Assembly: GCF_963921235.1 (NCBI RefSeq)
Contig: NC_086107.1
Coordinates: 113,462,001-113,526,000, forward strand
Source: Mobula hypostoma
Taxonomy: Eukaryota
Direction: 5' to 3'
Length of the DNA stretch: 64,000 nucleotides
Positions 60,691-64,000 of this stretch are shown piece after piece. Under the pieces are notes generated by a model that saw nothing but the letters and a program-made list of their open reading frames with translations, searched no databases and was not told where the DNA came from. Made by a program: the position numbers and the translations under genes. The first letter of the stretch is position 1; every line of letters starts with the position of its first letter.

Positions 60691-61953
60691 GAGGTGCAGA
60701 GGAGATTCACCAGGATGCTGCCTGGATTAGAGAGAGGGTGCAGAGGAGATTCACCAGGATGCTGCCTGGGTTAGAGAGGGTGCAGAGGAGATTCACCAGG
60801 ATGCTGCCTGGATTAGAGAGAGGATGCAGAGAAGATTTATCAGGATGCTGCCTGGATTAGAGAGAGGGTGCAGAGGAGATTTACCAGGATGCTGCCTGGA
60901 TTAGAGAGGGTGCAGAGGAGATTCATCAGGATGCTGCCTGGATTAGAGAGGGTGCAGAGGAGATTCACCAGGATGCTGCCTGGATTAGAGAGGGTGCAGA
61001 GGATATTTACCAGGATGCTGCCTGGTTTAGAGAGGGTGCAGAGGAGATTTACCAGGATGCTGCCTGGATTAGAGAGGGTGCAGAGGAGATTCACCAGGAT
61101 GCTGCCTGGATTAGAGAGGGTGCAGAGGAGATTTACCAGGATACTGCCTGGATTAGAGAGGGTGCAGAGGAGATTTACCAGGATGCTGCCTGGATCAGAG
61201 AGGGTGCAGAGGAGATTCACCAGGATGCTGTCTGGATCAGAGAGTGTGCAGAGGAGATTTACCAGGATGCTGTCTGGATCAGAGAGTGTGCAGAGGAGAT
61301 TTACCAGGATGCTGCCTGGATTAGAGAGGGTGCAGAGGAGATTTACCAGGATGCTGCCTGGATCAGAGAGGGTGCAGAAGAGATTCACCAGGATGCTGTC
61401 TGGATCAGAGAGTGTGCAGAGGAGATTTACCAGGATGCTGCCTGGATTAGAGAGGGTGCAGAGGAGATTTACCAGGATACTGCCTGGATTAGAGAGGGTG
61501 CAGAGGAGATTTACCAGGATGCTGCCTGGATCAGAGAGGGTGCAGAGGAGATTCACCAGGATGCTGTCTGGATCAGAGAGTGTGCAGAGGAGATTTCCCA
61601 GGATGCTGCCTGGGTTAGAGAGGGTGCAGAGGAGATTTACCAGGATGCTGCCTGGATCAGAGAGGGTGCAGAGGAGATTCACCAGGATGCTGTCTGGATC
61701 AGAGAGTGTGCAGAGGAGATTTCCCAGGATGCTGCCTGGATTAGAGAGGGTGCAGAGGAGATTTACCAGGATGCTGCCAGGATTAGAGAGGGTGCAGAGG
61801 AGATTTCCCAGGATGCTGCCTGGATTAGAGAGGGTGCAGAGGAGATTTACCAGGATGCTGCCTGGGTTAGAGAGGGTGCAGAGGAGATCCACCAGGATGC
61901 TGCCTGGATTAGAGAGGGTGCAGAGGAGATTCACCAGGATGCTGCCTGGATTA
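60688..61953 (+). repeat. 42-bp tandem array x ~30 derived from CR1 ORF2 (ERVQRRFTRMLPGL)
   Basis: Unit GAGAGGGTGCAGAGGAGATTCACCAGGATGCTGCCTGGATTA. The flanks continue CR1 (ends ...PGLQSMPY). Confidence 0.97.
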
Positions 61954-62889
61954 CAGAGTATGCCTTATTTATTTATTGCAATACAGTGTGGAATAGGTCC
62001 TTCTCGCCTTTCAAACTGCACCACGCAGAAATCTCCGGGAACATTTACGATGACCAATTAAGCTACTAACCAGTACGTCCTTTGACTGTGGGAGGAAATG
62101 GATCACCCGTGGACACGGGGAGGACGTACAGACTCCTTGTGAAGGACACAGGAGTTGAACTCCGAACTCTGATGCCCCGGGTTGTAGTCACATTGCACTA
62201 GCTGCCAGGCTAGCAAGGCACCCTGTTTACATCCCATTGATGGGTTTGCTACTTGCTAACTCCTGTTACACTCTCCACAAAAGCTTGGTCCAGCTTCGAG
62301 CTTTGTTGGGGAGTGGGGTGAAGATGAAGTAGGAAGTGCGTTGGAGCAGGAAGTAAGATGCAGACTAGAAACATAGAAATATAGAAAATCTACAACACAA
62401 TACGGGCCCTTCGGCCCACAAAGTTGTGCCAAACATATCCCTACTTTAGAAATTACTAGTGTTACCCATAGCCCTCTAGTTTTCTAAGCTCCATGTACCT
62501 ATCCAAAAGTCTCTTAAAAGACCCTATTGTATCCGCCTCCACCACCGTTACCGGCAGCGCATTCTACTCACTAGAGAAACACCTCGTACTCTGCTTGGGT
62601 GATTACAACCCGACGGCGTGAACACTACATTGTCTAGCTTCAGGTAATTGCCTCTGTTCCTTTACTCTCTCCTCCAGATCTACCCTGTTCCTCCTACAGA
62701 CCCCCTCACCCCGTTTCTTCCCCCACTTCACCTGCCTATCGCCCAGAGACTCCTCCTACTTGGCCCCCCCATCCTCCCACTGTTCTCATCTACCTCCCTC
62801 CCTCCCTTATTTGATTCTGTGCTCCATTGCCCTCTCCAACGAGACTTCACCTCCACCTACCACCTCCCAGCCCCGCCTCGAGAGAGGCT

Positions 62890-63445
62890 GGAAATGTTGA
62901 GCGACACTCGAAAACTTCTGCACACGTACCGTGGAGAGCATTCTGACTGGCTGCATCACCAGCAGAGATGGTGGGGGGTGGGGGGAGCTACTGCACGGGA
63001 TGAAGGAGCTGACAAGATAATTAGTCTGCTCCGTCATGGGCACCAGCCTCCATACCTTCAAGGAGCAGTGCCTCTGGGAGGCAGTGTCTGTCATTAACGA
63101 CCCCCAACACCCAGGACGTGTCCTCTTCTCATTGCCACCATCAGGGAGGAGGCACAGAAGCCTAAACACACACACATGCACAACGATTCAGGAACAGCTT
63201 CTTCCCCTCTGCCATCCAATTTCTGAATGGACATTGAACCCATGGACACTACCCCACTACTTTTTTGTATTTCTGTTTGTTTACAGTACTTATTTTAACT
63301 TAACTACTTCATAGACATATATATAATTACTGTAATTCAGTTTTTTTTCCTATGTTTATCACCATTGCATTGTACTGCTGCTGTAAACTTCACAAATCTC
63401 ACGACATATGCCAGTGATATTAAACCCAATTCTCGTTCTGATTCT
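62890..63445 (+). mobile_element. Rex1/Babar-type 3' fragment
   Basis: MGTSLHTFKEQCL..INDPQHPGRVLFSLPPSGRRHRSL plus the shared 3' UTR. Confidence 0.75.
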
Positions 63446-64000
63446 GATAAAATGCTGGAGGAACTCAGGGTCAGGCAGCATCTAAGGAGGGAAATAAACA
63501 GTCGGGACCCTTCATGAGGACTTCTGAAGAAACATAAATCAGAATTATGAAGACCCTGTTGAAAAAGGTCTCAGCCTGAAACGTCGACTGACTATTCCTC
63601 TCCACAGATGCTGCCTGACCTGCTGAGCTCCTCCATCTGTCAGTCACCCGGATAACCACCTCTTGGTCCTCCACTATGCCTCCACCTCCATCTATCAGTC
63701 CTGATGAAGGATCTTGGCCCAAAATGTTGACTGTCCATTTCTCTTCACAGTTGCTGCCTGTCCCACTGAGTTCCTCCTGCATATTGCAGCAAGTTCCCTG
63801 CCTCTTATTGATAAGCCGACAAACGGTCATGGAAAATGTATTGTCTAAGCGTATGGCATCGCAAGCCAGTGAGAGTGTGGCACACGGACGCTTCCCACCT
63901 TCTGTGGGTAGTTGACCTTTACGTTTCTCAGTTGTGCTTGCCCTAGGGGTACGAATGTGGCTTCTATTTTTACCGGTGACCCATGTCCTGCACACACTCC

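Noticed and set aside
60840..62061. 364-aa and 397-aa repeat ORFs resembling LRR or repeat proteins
   Set aside because: They are by-products of a stop-free 42-bp CR1-derived tandem unit, with no splice context or unique domain.

Overview
This is eukaryotic (vertebrate) genomic DNA. The repeat families point to a cartilaginous fish, probably a ray, but that is inference. It is not prokaryotic, and almost all ORF-track entries are spurious or TE-derived. One host gene can be reconstructed on the minus strand from GT-AG bounded, phase-compatible exons: a class I cytokine receptor most like IL-2 receptor beta (IL2RB/CD122). Six exons are well supported: D1 (36467-36587, 29146-29315), D2 with WSKWS (8956-9101, 6960-7149), TM (4743-4836) and Box1 (1031-1121). 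A signal-peptide exon (57615-57690) is probable and lies next to an ETS/RUNX/GATA/GAS motif cluster. The large cytoplasmic exon appears to lie beyond the left edge. The introns are packed with CR1, Rex1/Babar, RTE and Penelope retroelements, SINEs, a solo LTR and Tc1/hAT/Tigger DNA elements. The main points of interest are: (1) many minimal hammerhead ribozyme motifs on Penelope-derived insertions, some in inverted hairpins and some sense to the pre-mRNA; (2) two independent minisatellites made from CR1 ORF2 coding sequence (61 bp x ~130 with higher-order structure; 42 bp x ~30, in frame); (3) a ~7.7 kb multi-level TE nest; and (4) TE insertions within 15-35 nt of splice acceptors. I see no evidence of a wholly new protein-coding system. 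All assignments come from reading the sequence, with no database search.
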